Source of the DNA: a bacterium HR34
Lineage (GTDB): Bacteria > Patescibacteriota > Minisyncoccia > Minisyncoccales > HRBIN34
Direction: 5' to 3'
Length of the DNA stretch: 64,000 nt
Assembly (NCBI GenBank): GCA_002923395.1
Contig: BEIK01000001.1
Coordinates: 21,331 to 85,330, forward strand
The notes beneath the pieces were generated by a model, which saw only the letters and a list, made by a program, of their open reading frames with translations, was not told the origin of the DNA and did not search any database. Within the stretch, counting starts at the first letter, position 1. Each line of letters opens with the position of its first letter. Shown one piece after another: positions 37,949 through 47,882 of the stretch. The translations under genes and the position numbers were made by a program.

Positions 37949-40156
37949 TCACCCTATTCTTAGCAATCTCTGTATTATATTCTTTTCTACCTTCTTTACG
38001 ATCAAAATATTTGGCAATGTTTTTATTTTATCTATGAAATCCATTATTTCCTTTACGCCGTTTACTTTTACTTGAAGTATTATTTGTTTATCGCCCGTCT
38101 TTTTATCTGTTTTTATAATATTTTCAATTATTTCTATTTTCATTTCGTTTATAATGTCAAATATGTTTTTTATTGTTTCTTGGTTGTCTTTTGTTTGTAT
38201 TTCAAAATATACAACAGAAGGTTTAAACTCGCTCCAGTCAGCCTCCATTATTCTTTCTGGCCATTTTCTTATTAAATCTTTAATTATTTTGCAGTCTTTT
38301 TTATGAACAGAAGCGCCTCTATCTCTTGTGATAAAAGCAACTATTTCATCTCCTTTTTGAGGATTGCAACACTTTGATAAATAAAAAGCTATATTTGTTT
38401 GACCGCCAAACACTATAGGAGATTTTACTTTTTGCGTTTCAGTACTCTCTCTTTTAGGTATTATTTTTTCAAAAATTTTCAACCTTGGTTTTTCATCTTT
38501 TTCAAGCAAATATTTTGCCACTTGGGAGGCTAAAATTTCACCCTTACCAATTTTCAAGAGTAAATCACTGGCAGAACTCAATTTCGTTTTTTCTAAAATT
38601 TTTTCAACCTCCTTCTTTGATAACTTTGCAAACTTTTTACCAACAGAAACAATTAACTCTTTGTCTAATATTTCTTCTCCTGCTTTTAGATAATCAGATA
38701 CTTTTTCTTTCTCCAAAAATTCTTTTATTCTTGATTTAGCAAGTCTTGTTTTTACAAATTGAAGCCAGTGAGGAGAAGGAGATTTATTTTTATCTGTTAT
38801 TATTTCAACGACATCAAAATTCTTTAACTCATGAGAAAGAGGAACCAACTTTCCGTTTACTTTTGCTTTTGAACATTTATTTCCTATTTCTGTATGGACA
38901 GCGTATGCAAAATCAACAGGCGTTGATCCTTCTGGCAAATCTATAACATCTCCTTTTGGAGTAAAAATAAAAATTCTTTCCTTGAAAAAATCCAACCTTA
39001 GCCCTTCCAAAAACTCTTTTGACCCAGATGTATTTTTTAGCCATTCGTTCAATTGCTGTATCCACGCAAATTTTTTTCTTAATTTTTTAGGATTAACTTT
39101 TTCTTTAAAAGACCAGTGAGAACATATACCAAACTCTGCTTCAAGATGCATTTCTACTGTCCTTATTTGTATTTCTATAATTTTTCCTCCTATGCTAAAA
39201 ACAGTTGTATGAAGGCTTTGATATCCGTTTGGTTTTGGCAGAGCAATGTAATCTTTTATTCTGCCTGGCAATGGCTTCCATATTTCGTGTATCAATCCCA
39301 ACGTTTTGTAGCACTCTTCTTTTTTGTTTACTATTATTCTTAAAGCAATAATATCATAAATTTTGTCGACATCCATATCATACCTTAAAAGTTTTTTGTA
39401 AAAACTCCAATAATGTTTTATTCTAGAATCAATTGCAACTGGTTTTATTCCATTTTTTGATAAGTATTTAAGCAAGAATCTTTTTACTTTTTCCAAATAT
39501 TTTTGCTTTTCTTTAACGGTGTTGTCTATTATTCCTTTAGCATATTTGTATTCTTCTGGATAAAGATATTTAAAAGCCAAATCTTCAAGTTCGCCTTTTA
39601 TTTTTCCAATTCCAAGCCTTTCTGCTATTGGAGCGAATATTTCCATCGTTTCAAAGGCCAAACGTGGTTTCTTTTCATCAGGAACATATTCTAAAGTGCG
39701 CATATTGTCTAACCTGTCAGCGATTTTTATTATTATAACCCTTATATCTTCTCCCATTGCAAAAAACATTTTACGCAAATTCTCACTTTCGTAATCATCA
39801 ATATTAGGCTTTATATTTAGCTTAGAAAATTTTTCTTTCGGGTACCTTAACTTCCCAAGTTCCGTTACACCTTTTACCAACATTGCTATTTCTTCTCCAA
39901 AATTATCTTCTATATCTTTTATTGTATATTTAGTATCTTCTGGAACGTCGTGGAGTAGGGCTGCTGCCACTGCCTTGTCAGAAAGTTTTAAGTCTTTAAC
40001 TATTTTAGCAACTCTTAAAGGGTGATTTATATAAGGTTCTCCAGAGTATCTTTTTTGGCCTTCGTGAGCGTTTTTAGAGAACTCAAAAGCCTTTTTTACT
40101 AAATCAGATTCGCTTTCTATATCAAGTATTAAGTTGTTTGCTTTTGTTGCTTTCAC
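37949..40156 (-). CDS. rel: Bifunctional (p)ppGpp synthetase/hydrolase RelA/SpoT homolog
   Basis: HD hydrolase motif (HPLRVA...LLHDVPEDT), the synthetase domain (RIKDYIALPKPNGYQSLHTTV), TGS and a C-terminal ACT-like domain. 735 aa. Confidence 0.9.
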   Translation of the reverse strand: MKATKANNLILDIESESDLVKKAFEFSKNAHEGQKRYSGEPYINHPLRVAKIVKDLKLSDKAVAAALLHDVPEDTKYTIKDIEDNFGEEIAMLVKGVTELGKLRYPKEKFSKLNIKPNIDDYESENLRKMFFAMGEDIRVIIIKIADRLDNMRTLEYVPDEKKPRLAFETMEIFAPIAERLGIGKIKGELEDLAFKYLYPEEYKYAKGIIDNTVKEKQKYLEKVKRFLLKYLSKNGIKPVAIDSRIKHYWSFYKKLLRYDMDVDKIYDIIALRIIVNKKEECYKTLGLIHEIWKPLPGRIKDYIALPKPNGYQSLHTTVFSIGGKIIEIQIRTVEMHLEAEFGICSHWSFKEKVNPKKLRKKFAWIQQLNEWLKNTSGSKEFLEGLRLDFFKERIFIFTPKGDVIDLPEGSTPVDFAYAVHTEIGNKCSKAKVNGKLVPLSHELKNFDVVEIITDKNKSPSPHWLQFVKTRLAKSRIKEFLEKEKVSDYLKAGEEILDKELIVSVGKKFAKLSKKEVEKILEKTKLSSASDLLLKIGKGEILASQVAKYLLEKDEKPRLKIFEKIIPKRESTETQKVKSPIVFGGQTNIAFYLSKCCNPQKGDEIVAFITRDRGASVHKKDCKIIKDLIRKWPERIMEADWSEFKPSVVYFEIQTKDNQETIKNIFDIINEMKIEIIENIIKTDKKTGDKQIILQVKVNGVKEIMDFIDKIKTLPNILIVKKVEKNIIQRLLRIG

Positions 40157-42185
40157 AGTCTTTGTTAGAACACTTTATTTTACCATTTTTTGCCTCAACC
40201 ATCAACGATCCGCACTTTTCACATTTTTCGCCAGTTGGCTTTTCATTTACAATAAAATCGCATTTTGGATAGTTTGAACATCCATAAAATATATTTTTCC
40301 TTTTTTTGTTAATTCTTTTTACGATTTTTCCGATTCCGCATTTGGTGCATTTTACTTCTATTTTTTCTATATCTTTTGTGAATTTGCAATTAGGAAAGTT
40401 AGAGCAAGCGTAAAATTTTCCAAACTTTCCTATTCTTATTACTATATCGCTTTTACATAAAGGACATTTTATATCTGTTTTTTGGGTTAAGTTAACTTTT
40501 TTAACTTTTTTATATTTTTCCTGTAACTCTTTTTCTAAGTATTCATAAAAAGGTTTTATTACTTCTATATATTTTTTTTGACCGTTTGCTATTTCATCAA
40601 GATTGTTTTCCATGTCGGCTGTAAATTTTACATCAACTATTTTGGAAAAGTTTTCAACTAATATAGTATTCACAGCAATTCCTAATTCTGTTGGTTTAAA
40701 AAATTTATTGTTTTCTTTTGTCACGTAGCCTCTTTCTTGTATGATACTAACTATTGTTGCATATGTAGATGGCCTTCCGATTTCGTTCTTTTCAAGTTCT
40801 TTTATTAAACTCGCTTCTGTATATCTTGGTGGAGGTTGAGTGAAGTGCTGTTTCGAGTCTATCTTTATAATTTTAAGTTCTTCTTCTTTTTGTAATTTTG
40901 GCAGTAAGTTTTCTTTTGTTTCTATTGGATAAATTTTCATAAAGCCATCAAATATTATCGTTTGCCCAGAACCCTTAAAAGAAAATTCTTTATCATCGCT
41001 TTCTATTTCTAAGATTGTTTGTTCTATTTCTGCTTCTTTCATTTGGCAGGCTAAAAACCTTTCCCATATTAATTTATAGAGTTTGAAAGATTTAGTATCT
41101 AATTTATTTTGCACTTTTCCAGGAGTATTTTGAATATAAGTTGGCCTTATTGCTTCGTGCGCTTCTTGGGCGGTTTTACTCTTCGATTTAAAAATAAATG
41201 GTTTCTCAGGAATGTATTTTTCTCCTATGTTTTCTTTAATAAAATTCCTTGCAGAATAAATCGCTTGAGATGATAAGTTGAGAGAGTCTGTTCTGTGGTA
41301 GGTAATAAAGCCCATCTCATACAACTTTTGGGCTATGGACATTGTTAGTTTTGCAGGATAGTTTAACTTTTGAGCTGCTGTTTGTTGCAAGGTAGAAGTT
41401 ATAAAAGGTGGCAAAGGATACCTTTTAACTCTTTTTACATCCACCTTTGCTATTTTATAACTTTTATTTTCCGCGGAGTTTTTTATTCTTTCAGCCTCTT
41501 TTTGGTTTTTGACAAAAAACTTATCAATTTGCTCTCCTTTTATCTTAAAAAGAGTCGCAGTTATTATGTTTTTGTTTTCTTTTTCTGATTCAATAAGTTT
41601 TTGGAATTGCGCATCTATTGTCCAATATTCTTGTGGTTTAAAATCTTTTATTTCTTTTTCTCTTTCAACTATTAATCTTAAAGCAACTGATTGCACCCTT
41701 CCGGCAGATAACTTCCTTGCAACTTTTTCCCATAGAAAAGGTGACAACTTATAACCAACTATTCTATCTAAAACTCTTCTTGCTTTTTGCGCTTCCACAA
41801 GATTTAAAAGTATTTCTCTTGGGTTTTCAAGGGCTTGCAAAATTGCTTCTTTTGTTATTTCGTGGAAGGTTATTCTTTTGTAGTTTTTTAATTCCAAAAC
41901 TTCTTTTAAGTGCCACGATATTGATTCTCCCTCTCTATCTTCATCAGTTGCCAGAATTACCTCATCTGCTTTTTGCATTTTCGTCTTCAATTCTTTTATA
42001 ACTTTTCTTGCTTTTATTGGTATTACATATTTTGGTTCAAAATTATTTTCAACATCAATTCCAAATTTTGATTTTGGCAGATCTCTTATGTGGCCATAAC
42101 AAGAAGCAACATCAAACTCCTTTTGATTCACAAATTTTTTTATTGTTCTTGCTTTTGTTGGCGACTCAACTATTATAAGTTTCAT
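40122..42185 (-). CDS. topA: DNA topoisomerase I with C-terminal Zn-ribbon repeats
   Basis: TOPRIM (MKLIIVESPTKA), active-site Tyr region (ITYHRTDS), and three C-terminal C4 zinc ribbons. 687 aa. Confidence 0.95.
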   Translation of the reverse strand: MKLIIVESPTKARTIKKFVNQKEFDVASCYGHIRDLPKSKFGIDVENNFEPKYVIPIKARKVIKELKTKMQKADEVILATDEDREGESISWHLKEVLELKNYKRITFHEITKEAILQALENPREILLNLVEAQKARRVLDRIVGYKLSPFLWEKVARKLSAGRVQSVALRLIVEREKEIKDFKPQEYWTIDAQFQKLIESEKENKNIITATLFKIKGEQIDKFFVKNQKEAERIKNSAENKSYKIAKVDVKRVKRYPLPPFITSTLQQTAAQKLNYPAKLTMSIAQKLYEMGFITYHRTDSLNLSSQAIYSARNFIKENIGEKYIPEKPFIFKSKSKTAQEAHEAIRPTYIQNTPGKVQNKLDTKSFKLYKLIWERFLACQMKEAEIEQTILEIESDDKEFSFKGSGQTIIFDGFMKIYPIETKENLLPKLQKEEELKIIKIDSKQHFTQPPPRYTEASLIKELEKNEIGRPSTYATIVSIIQERGYVTKENNKFFKPTELGIAVNTILVENFSKIVDVKFTADMENNLDEIANGQKKYIEVIKPFYEYLEKELQEKYKKVKKVNLTQKTDIKCPLCKSDIVIRIGKFGKFYACSNFPNCKFTKDIEKIEVKCTKCGIGKIVKRINKKRKNIFYGCSNYPKCDFIVNEKPTGEKCEKCGSLMVEAKNGKIKCSNKDCESNKSKQLNT

Positions 42186-43048
42186 ATTTTTGGATAGTAT
42201 TTATCTCCAACCTGATCAATTAAATTTTTAGTTTCTAATTGGGTTATTAATTTTAAAATTTCAGGCACTGATAAATTTAACTTTTCAACAAGCTCGTCTA
42301 TGTCGCAACCGTTCTCGATGAATTTTAACAAAGTTCTTTCTTTTTCTGAAAGGTTATCAATAATTTTATTATAACTGCTCTTTATTCCAAAACTATTCAA
42401 AATATCCTGCGCGCCGCTTGTTAAAATTGCGCCTTCTTTTATTAAATTATTAGTTCCTTTTGAGTTTACAGAAAACACGCTTCCCGGCACGGCAAATACT
42501 TTTCTTTTTATTTCTTTCGCAAAATTTGCTGTGATTATCGTTCCACTTTTTTCTCTTGCCTCTATTACCAAAACCCCATCAGATAAACCTGCTATTATTC
42601 TGTTTCTTTTTGGAAAAGTAAATTTTGTTGCTTTTGTGCCAGGTTCTAATTCAGATATTATTAAACCCTGCTTTTCAAGTATTTCTTTTGCCAATCTTAT
42701 GTTTTCTCTTGGATATATTGATTCTTCGTCAACGCCAGATCCTAAAACAGCAATTGTTTTGCCATTGTTTTCTATACATATTTTATGAGAAAGAGCGTCA
42801 ATGCCCAAAGCCATTCCGCTGACTATTATAAAATAACTTGATAATTCCTGAACAATTTTTCTTACAACTATTTTCCCATATTCGCTGTATCTTCTGGTTC
42901 CAACAACAGCCAAAGTAGGGAAGTCTTGCGTTTGTTTTAAAAGTTCTAAGTTTCCAACAGTCCACAAACATTTTGGAGGGTCTTTTAAATCAAGAAGTTT
43001 TTTTGGATAATACTCGCTTTGTTTTTCTATTTTTATTATATTTTCCAT
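42182..43048 (-). CDS. dprA: DNA processing protein DprA (Smf)
   Basis: Rossmann-like DprA core (LAVVGTRRYSEYG...GMALGIDALSHK...AVLGSGVD...SGTIITA) plus a C-terminal winged-helix domain. Overlaps topA by 4 nt. Confidence 0.85.
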   Translation of the reverse strand: MENIIKIEKQSEYYPKKLLDLKDPPKCLWTVGNLELLKQTQDFPTLAVVGTRRYSEYGKIVVRKIVQELSSYFIIVSGMALGIDALSHKICIENNGKTIAVLGSGVDEESIYPRENIRLAKEILEKQGLIISELEPGTKATKFTFPKRNRIIAGLSDGVLVIEAREKSGTIITANFAKEIKRKVFAVPGSVFSVNSKGTNNLIKEGAILTSGAQDILNSFGIKSSYNKIIDNLSEKERTLLKFIENGCDIDELVEKLNLSVPEILKLITQLETKNLIDQVGDKYYPKI

Positions 43049-43361
43049 CTGTTTTGTTTTTACTGATTTTTATTATAGAATTATAAAAGTTTTTATCTCA
43101 TCCTGCAAAAAACAATATACAATTTTGAACCATTCTGCACTATACAAGTTCGGTTAAAATTTCATTTCTATTCTATGCATTTACAAATAAAATGCTAATA
43201 TTATTTTGTTTACGAATTTAATGAATGAGTATCATTGTTTGTAAATAAAATTGTTCTTGGTGCCAATTAAAATTGTTGGTGCTGGAGGCGGCCTTTAGGT
43301 TTTCTTCTTATAGAAGAACGGTAACATTAAATTTTTAAAAGTGGTGAACTAATACACTTTC

Positions 43362-43390
43362 TTGACAGACTTTTTTGACGTTGCTAAATT
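43362..43390 (+). promoter_or_regulatory. Sigma-70-like promoter (TTGACA-N17-TAAATT) with no ORF downstream
   Basis: Consensus -35 TTGACA (43362-43367), a 17-nt spacer, then -10 TAAATT (43385-43390). Transcript would begin near 43397 and meet the terminator at 43413-43446. Confidence 0.4.
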
Positions 43391-43412
43391 AGAAATTATA
43401 AGGGAGGAGGGG

Positions 43413-43446
43413 CCCCGACGTTACGTCGGGGTTTTTCTTTTTTTAA
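43413..43446 (+). terminator. Strong rho-independent terminator (plus-strand orientation) in dprA-mfd intergenic region
   Basis: CCCCGACG-TTA-CGTCGGGG hairpin followed by TTTTTCTTTTTTT. The reverse orientation lacks a U-run, so it is not an efficient mfd terminator. Confidence 0.7.
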
Positions 43447-43451
43447 CACAA

Positions 43452-45500
43452 TTATTTCATATTCTCATTTTGCAGGTAAGAGGACGCCTCGCTTATCATG
43501 TGACAGTACAAGTTTAGCCCAACCTTGTTTATTGGCCCTGATTGCTCTTTTCCTAAAATGTTTCCTGCTCCTCTTATTTCCATATCTTTTAATGCTATTC
43601 TGTAACCAGAGCCCAAAGCCAAATTTTCTTTAAGCGCTTTTATACGCATTTTTGCTTTTTCTGTAAGTTTTTCCCATTTTGGATAAAACAAATACGCAAA
43701 AGCCTGCCTTTCGCCCCTTCCAACCCTTCCTCTTAATTGATACGCCTGCCCCAAACCCAACCTTGAAATATCTCTTATTATTAAAGTATTAGCGTTTGAA
43801 ATGTCTATTCCGTTTTCAATTATTGTCGTTGAAACCAAAATTTTTATTTTTCCTTCTTGAAACTCGTTAAATATCTCAATAATTTTTTCATCTGGCATCG
43901 CGCTGTGAATTACTTCAATTCTTTCTTTTATGCCAAGTTTTTCTTCAACAAACTTTTTAATCTCTGGCAAATTTTTTATTCTGTTTTCCAAAACATAAAC
44001 CTGACCGCCTCTTTTTAACTCATTTAAGATTGCTTTTTTCATAACTTCTTTTTTAAATTCTCCTATATGTGTTATTATGTCTTTTCTTTCAGGCGGTGGG
44101 GTATAAATAAAACTTACTTTTTTTATATTAGAAAGCGCTAAATAAAGTGTTCTTGGTATTGGAGTGGCTGAAACATAAAGCAAATCTAAAGCAGGGAATT
44201 TTTCTCTTAACCTTTCTTTTTGCAGGACGCCGAATTTTTGCTCGTCGTCTACAACCAGCATGCCTAAGTTTTTAAACTCTACTTTATTAGAAAGAATTTT
44301 GTGTGTTCCTATTATTATGTCTATTTTGCCGCTTTTAATATCTTTTATAATTTTTTCTTCATCTTTTGGATTTGTGTTTCTTGTCAGCAAGCCGATGTTA
44401 ACTGCAAATTTTTCAAATCTCTTGCAAAAGTTTTTATAATGCTGCCATGCCAATACTGTTGTAGGGCATAAAATTGCAACTTGTTTACCATGACAGACCA
44501 CTTTAAAGGCAGTTCTCATTATTATCTCTGTTTTCCCAAAACCAACATCTCCGCACAAAAGCCTGTCCATTGGTGTTTCGCTGTTTTCAAGATCGTTAAA
44601 AATATCTTTAATTGCTTTTTCTTGATCAGGAGTTAACTCATATTCAAAAGACTCATCAAATTCTCTTTGCAAAACATCCGCTTGTTTTGAGTTGTATTTT
44701 GGCCGAGTTATTGATTCTTTACTTGCATATATTTTTATTAGTTTTTTGGCTATTTGTTCTGCCTGTTCTCTTGCCTTCTTTTTTATCTTCAGCCACAAAG
44801 AACCTCCAAGTCTTGTTATTCTTGGGTTTTCAAAGCCTATATAAAGAGTTAACTTATTTTTTAAATTTTCAGGAACATATAATTTATCTCCTTTTGCGTA
44901 TTCCAAAACAAAATAATTTATGTCCTGCATTTTTGTTATGCCTCTGAAAACTCCTATCCCATGATCTATATGCACCAAAAAATCACCTTCTTTTAAGCTT
45001 GAAAGTTCTTGTTTTATTTGCTGGTTTGTTAAAAGTTTTTTAATTGTATTTTTTGCTTTTTCAACATCAATTGAGATGTCTTCGTTTTTGTACGTGCTTC
45101 CAATCCTGTCTCCTAAAAATTCTACTATGAAAGGGCTTTCATAATTTATAGGAAAAATTTGTAAAATACCGCCTTTAATTGAAAATTGCCCTGGAAAAGT
45201 AATATTTTCAACAAGTTCATAATTAAAATTAAAAAGAAGCTCTTTTAACAAACTAAGTTTATAACTTACGCCCTTTTTCAAAACCAAAACATTTTCCTTG
45301 AAAAACCCTTCTTTTTGAGAGTTCTCTTTTATTTTTTCAATATTTTGCCAAAACCAAACTGCCTCCCTTTCCAAAAAATAGGGGGTCAAACTAACAACAA
45401 CAATTTCTTCGTATTTATTTGCCATAAAACTAAAATAACCAATTTTCCCAAAAAAGTAAAACTCCCCCACGCTTTCCCTGCGATACTTGAAAAAATGCAA
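43452..45500 (-). CDS. mfd: Transcription-repair coupling factor Mfd, short form lacking N-terminal UvrB-homology module
   Basis: CarD/TRCF RNAP-interaction domain (DFLVHIDHGIGVFRGI), SF2 translocase motifs (LCGDVGFGKTEI, DDEQKFGV, QLRGRVGR) and a TRG motif region. It is only 682 aa versus about 1150 aa for full-length Mfd. Confidence 0.8.
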   Translation of the reverse strand: MHFFKYRRESVGEFYFFGKIGYFSFMANKYEEIVVVSLTPYFLEREAVWFWQNIEKIKENSQKEGFFKENVLVLKKGVSYKLSLLKELLFNFNYELVENITFPGQFSIKGGILQIFPINYESPFIVEFLGDRIGSTYKNEDISIDVEKAKNTIKKLLTNQQIKQELSSLKEGDFLVHIDHGIGVFRGITKMQDINYFVLEYAKGDKLYVPENLKNKLTLYIGFENPRITRLGGSLWLKIKKKAREQAEQIAKKLIKIYASKESITRPKYNSKQADVLQREFDESFEYELTPDQEKAIKDIFNDLENSETPMDRLLCGDVGFGKTEIIMRTAFKVVCHGKQVAILCPTTVLAWQHYKNFCKRFEKFAVNIGLLTRNTNPKDEEKIIKDIKSGKIDIIIGTHKILSNKVEFKNLGMLVVDDEQKFGVLQKERLREKFPALDLLYVSATPIPRTLYLALSNIKKVSFIYTPPPERKDIITHIGEFKKEVMKKAILNELKRGGQVYVLENRIKNLPEIKKFVEEKLGIKERIEVIHSAMPDEKIIEIFNEFQEGKIKILVSTTIIENGIDISNANTLIIRDISRLGLGQAYQLRGRVGRGERQAFAYLFYPKWEKLTEKAKMRIKALKENLALGSGYRIALKDMEIRGAGNILGKEQSGPINKVGLNLYCHMISEASSYLQNENMK

Positions 45501-45720
45501 AAGATGAGATATATTTTGGCACCCTTGTTATGCTAGAAATTGGGATAATAAATTAGAAAAAAGGTCGAAAATCATTAAAATAATGTATCTCATCAATAAC
45601 ATGGTAAAAAGAGTATTCATTTATTTTATTTGAGATCACACGAAGCACTAAACCACCAATTATGCAAAATGTTGATGTTATAATTTTGCGGTATATAATA
45701 AATACTGAATAATAAAAAGT

Positions 45721-46761
45721 TTGCTCTTTAGTTTTATGGATAAAGTAGTTTTAGCAAAAACAGAAAAAGAGTTTTTCAATTGTTTAAATAAGTTTTCGCG
45801 CGAAGGGCGTGCTGTTTTTGTATTGGATAATGTTTTGGCTGGCAATGATTTTTTCAAAGATAAAGTTTGCTGCTATTCAAAAGAAAACTCCATAAAAGAA
45901 GTTAATAATATCATAAAAGATTTAAAGAATAAAAAATTTGCTCCTCAAGTTGTTTTTGGGATTGGCGGTGGCAGGGTGTTGGATGTTGCTAAATTTTTGG
46001 CGTTTAAACTTGATGTTGATTTCATAAGCTGTCCCACTGCTTTATCTCAAGATGGTATATATTCTGGTGTTTGTGTTTTGTTTGATGGCAAAAAAAGAAA
46101 AACGGTAAAAGCCAAGTTTCCTGAAAAAGTTTTGGTAGATATGAGTTTGATTAAAAAATCTCCTAAAAAAATGACTTTTTGCGGAATTGGAGAAGTTTTA
46201 TCTAAGATAGTTGTTTTGCAAGACATTTCTTTGGCAAAAAGCAGGGTAAAAGCAAAAGTTAACAAAAACAAAATAAAAAAAATTTTGTCTACAATATCTT
46301 ACTTAATTGAAAATTTTAAGAGTCAAAAGGATGAAAATAGTGTAAAGACTTTACTGTTTGCGTTGGTCGAGATAGGATCTTTGATGCAGGAAGATTCTTA
46401 TTATGCGTCCCAATCAGAGCATGAGTTTGAAAAGGCTTTGTTTGGCACAAATTTGCCGCATGGGCAGTTGGTTGCTTTCGGCGCTTTGATATCTGCCAAA
46501 TTATATGAAGTTCACAGCGAAAAATTTTCAAAAGACAAACTTTTTATAAGTCCAAAAGATATGTTCAAAATAACTAAGTCATTATTTAAAATAATAAAAG
46601 GATTTTATAACTTTGCCAAAGAGCCCTTAAAGATAATTGACAGACAAGAATTAATAAAATGCTTAAAAAAGGCAAGTTTGCAAAGGCCAGAAAGGTTTAA
46701 CTTGCTGAATGTAATTGATTCCAAAAAAGTAAATTGGGAAAAAGTTATAGAAAAGTTATAA
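45721..46761 (+). CDS. Glycerol-1-phosphate dehydrogenase-like / DHQS-like superfamily NAD(P)-dependent dehydrogenase
   Basis: GGGRVLDVAKFLA nucleotide-binding glycine motif, then CPTALSQDGIYSG (compare the PTxAS-DG motif of G1PDH/AraM). 346 aa. Confidence 0.55.
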   Translation: MLFSFMDKVVLAKTEKEFFNCLNKFSREGRAVFVLDNVLAGNDFFKDKVCCYSKENSIKEVNNIIKDLKNKKFAPQVVFGIGGGRVLDVAKFLAFKLDVDFISCPTALSQDGIYSGVCVLFDGKKRKTVKAKFPEKVLVDMSLIKKSPKKMTFCGIGEVLSKIVVLQDISLAKSRVKAKVNKNKIKKILSTISYLIENFKSQKDENSVKTLLFALVEIGSLMQEDSYYASQSEHEFEKALFGTNLPHGQLVAFGALISAKLYEVHSEKFSKDKLFISPKDMFKITKSLFKIIKGFYNFAKEPLKIIDRQELIKCLKKASLQRPERFNLLNVIDSKKVNWEKVIEKL

Positions 46762-46767
46762 TAAGTT

Positions 46768-47304
46768 TCAAATTATTTTTTCTACTTCTTTTATTATCTC
46801 TTTTATTATTGTTTTTAATTTTTTAAGTTCTTGTGCGCTGAAGTTTTTTAAAACAAATTCTTCTGCTTTTTTGCCCTTTTCTTTCTCGCTCCTCACGCCA
46901 ATTCTTATTCTTGTGAAATCTTTTGTTCCAAATTTTTGTATAATTGATTCAACTCCTTTGTGGCCTCCGCTTGACTTTCCTTTGCTGATTTTTACTTTGC
47001 CAAATTCTATATCGCTGTCGTCGTGCAAAACAATTATGTCTTCTGGCAAAATTTTATAAAAATTGGCAATTTCTTTCACGGCAACGCCAGAGTTGTTCAT
47101 TAAGGTTTTTGGTTTTAGCAGAATAACTTCTTTTTCGTTTATTATACCTTTTGTTGTGTATCCTTCAAACTTTTTTTCTTCTTTGAAATCTTTTAACTGC
47201 CAGTGGTTTTTAAGTTCGTCAACAGCAATAAAGCCGGCGTTGTGCTTTGTGTGTTCGTATTCTTTTGGCCAGTTGCCAAGCCCTACTATCAGTTTTTTTT
47301 GCAT
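46768..47304 (-). CDS. pth: Peptidyl-tRNA hydrolase
   Basis: LIVGLGNWPKEYEHTKHNAGF with catalytic His. 178 aa. Confidence 0.9.
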   Translation of the reverse strand: MQKKLIVGLGNWPKEYEHTKHNAGFIAVDELKNHWQLKDFKEEKKFEGYTTKGIINEKEVILLKPKTLMNNSGVAVKEIANFYKILPEDIIVLHDDSDIEFGKVKISKGKSSGGHKGVESIIQKFGTKDFTRIRIGVRSEKEKGKKAEEFVLKNFSAQELKKLKTIIKEIIKEVEKII

Positions 47305-47343
47305 TTGATGTTAATGTTATTTTATGGTATATTTTAATAATAT

Positions 47344-47877
47344 ATGAAAAGCGCAATTAAAGAATATATAAAAATAGGACTGCTGGTTTTGCTTATAGTT
47401 GTGCCTATAAGATATTTTATATTCCAGCCGTTTTTAGTGCAAGGAAGCTCAATGGAACCGAATTTTGAAAGCGGTGATTATTTAATAGTTGATGAGATCT
47501 CTTATAGGTTTAGCGATCCAAAAAGGGGAGATGTTATTATTTTTAATTCTCCTGTGCAGCCTGTGAAATATATTAAGAGGGTGATTGGTTTACCAGGAGA
47601 AACAGTCAAAATAGAAAATGGAAAAGTTTATATTAAAAAACAAGGAAACAATGAGTTTAAATTGTTGCAAGAGCCATATACTGACATATTTACAGAGGGA
47701 AGAGTCGAGATAACCCTTAAAGAAGGAGAGTACTTTGTAATGGGAGATAACAGATTTGCTTCTTATGATTCAAGAAGTTGGGGAGTTTTAAAAAGGAATA
47801 AAATAATCGGAAGGGTTTTAATAAGGTTGTGGCCCATAAGCAAGATTGATATAATTGAAAATCCTTTTAATAAATAA
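47344..47877 (+). CDS. lepB: Signal peptidase I
   Basis: N-terminal TM, catalytic Ser region (GSSMEPN) and the Lys/box E region (GDNRFASYDSRSWG). Confidence 0.85.
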   Translation: MKSAIKEYIKIGLLVLLIVVPIRYFIFQPFLVQGSSMEPNFESGDYLIVDEISYRFSDPKRGDVIIFNSPVQPVKYIKRVIGLPGETVKIENGKVYIKKQGNNEFKLLQEPYTDIFTEGRVEITLKEGEYFVMGDNRFASYDSRSWGVLKRNKIIGRVLIRLWPISKIDIIENPFNK

Positions 47878-47882
47878 AACAT

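Noticed and set aside
16557-45659. The two TCACACGAAGCACTAAA copies as att-site direct repeats bounding an integrated element
   Set aside because: The 29 kb between them is core housekeeping (ftsH, gyrA, recG, leuS, glmS, parAB, rel, topA). There is no integrase, transposase or phage gene anywhere in the window.
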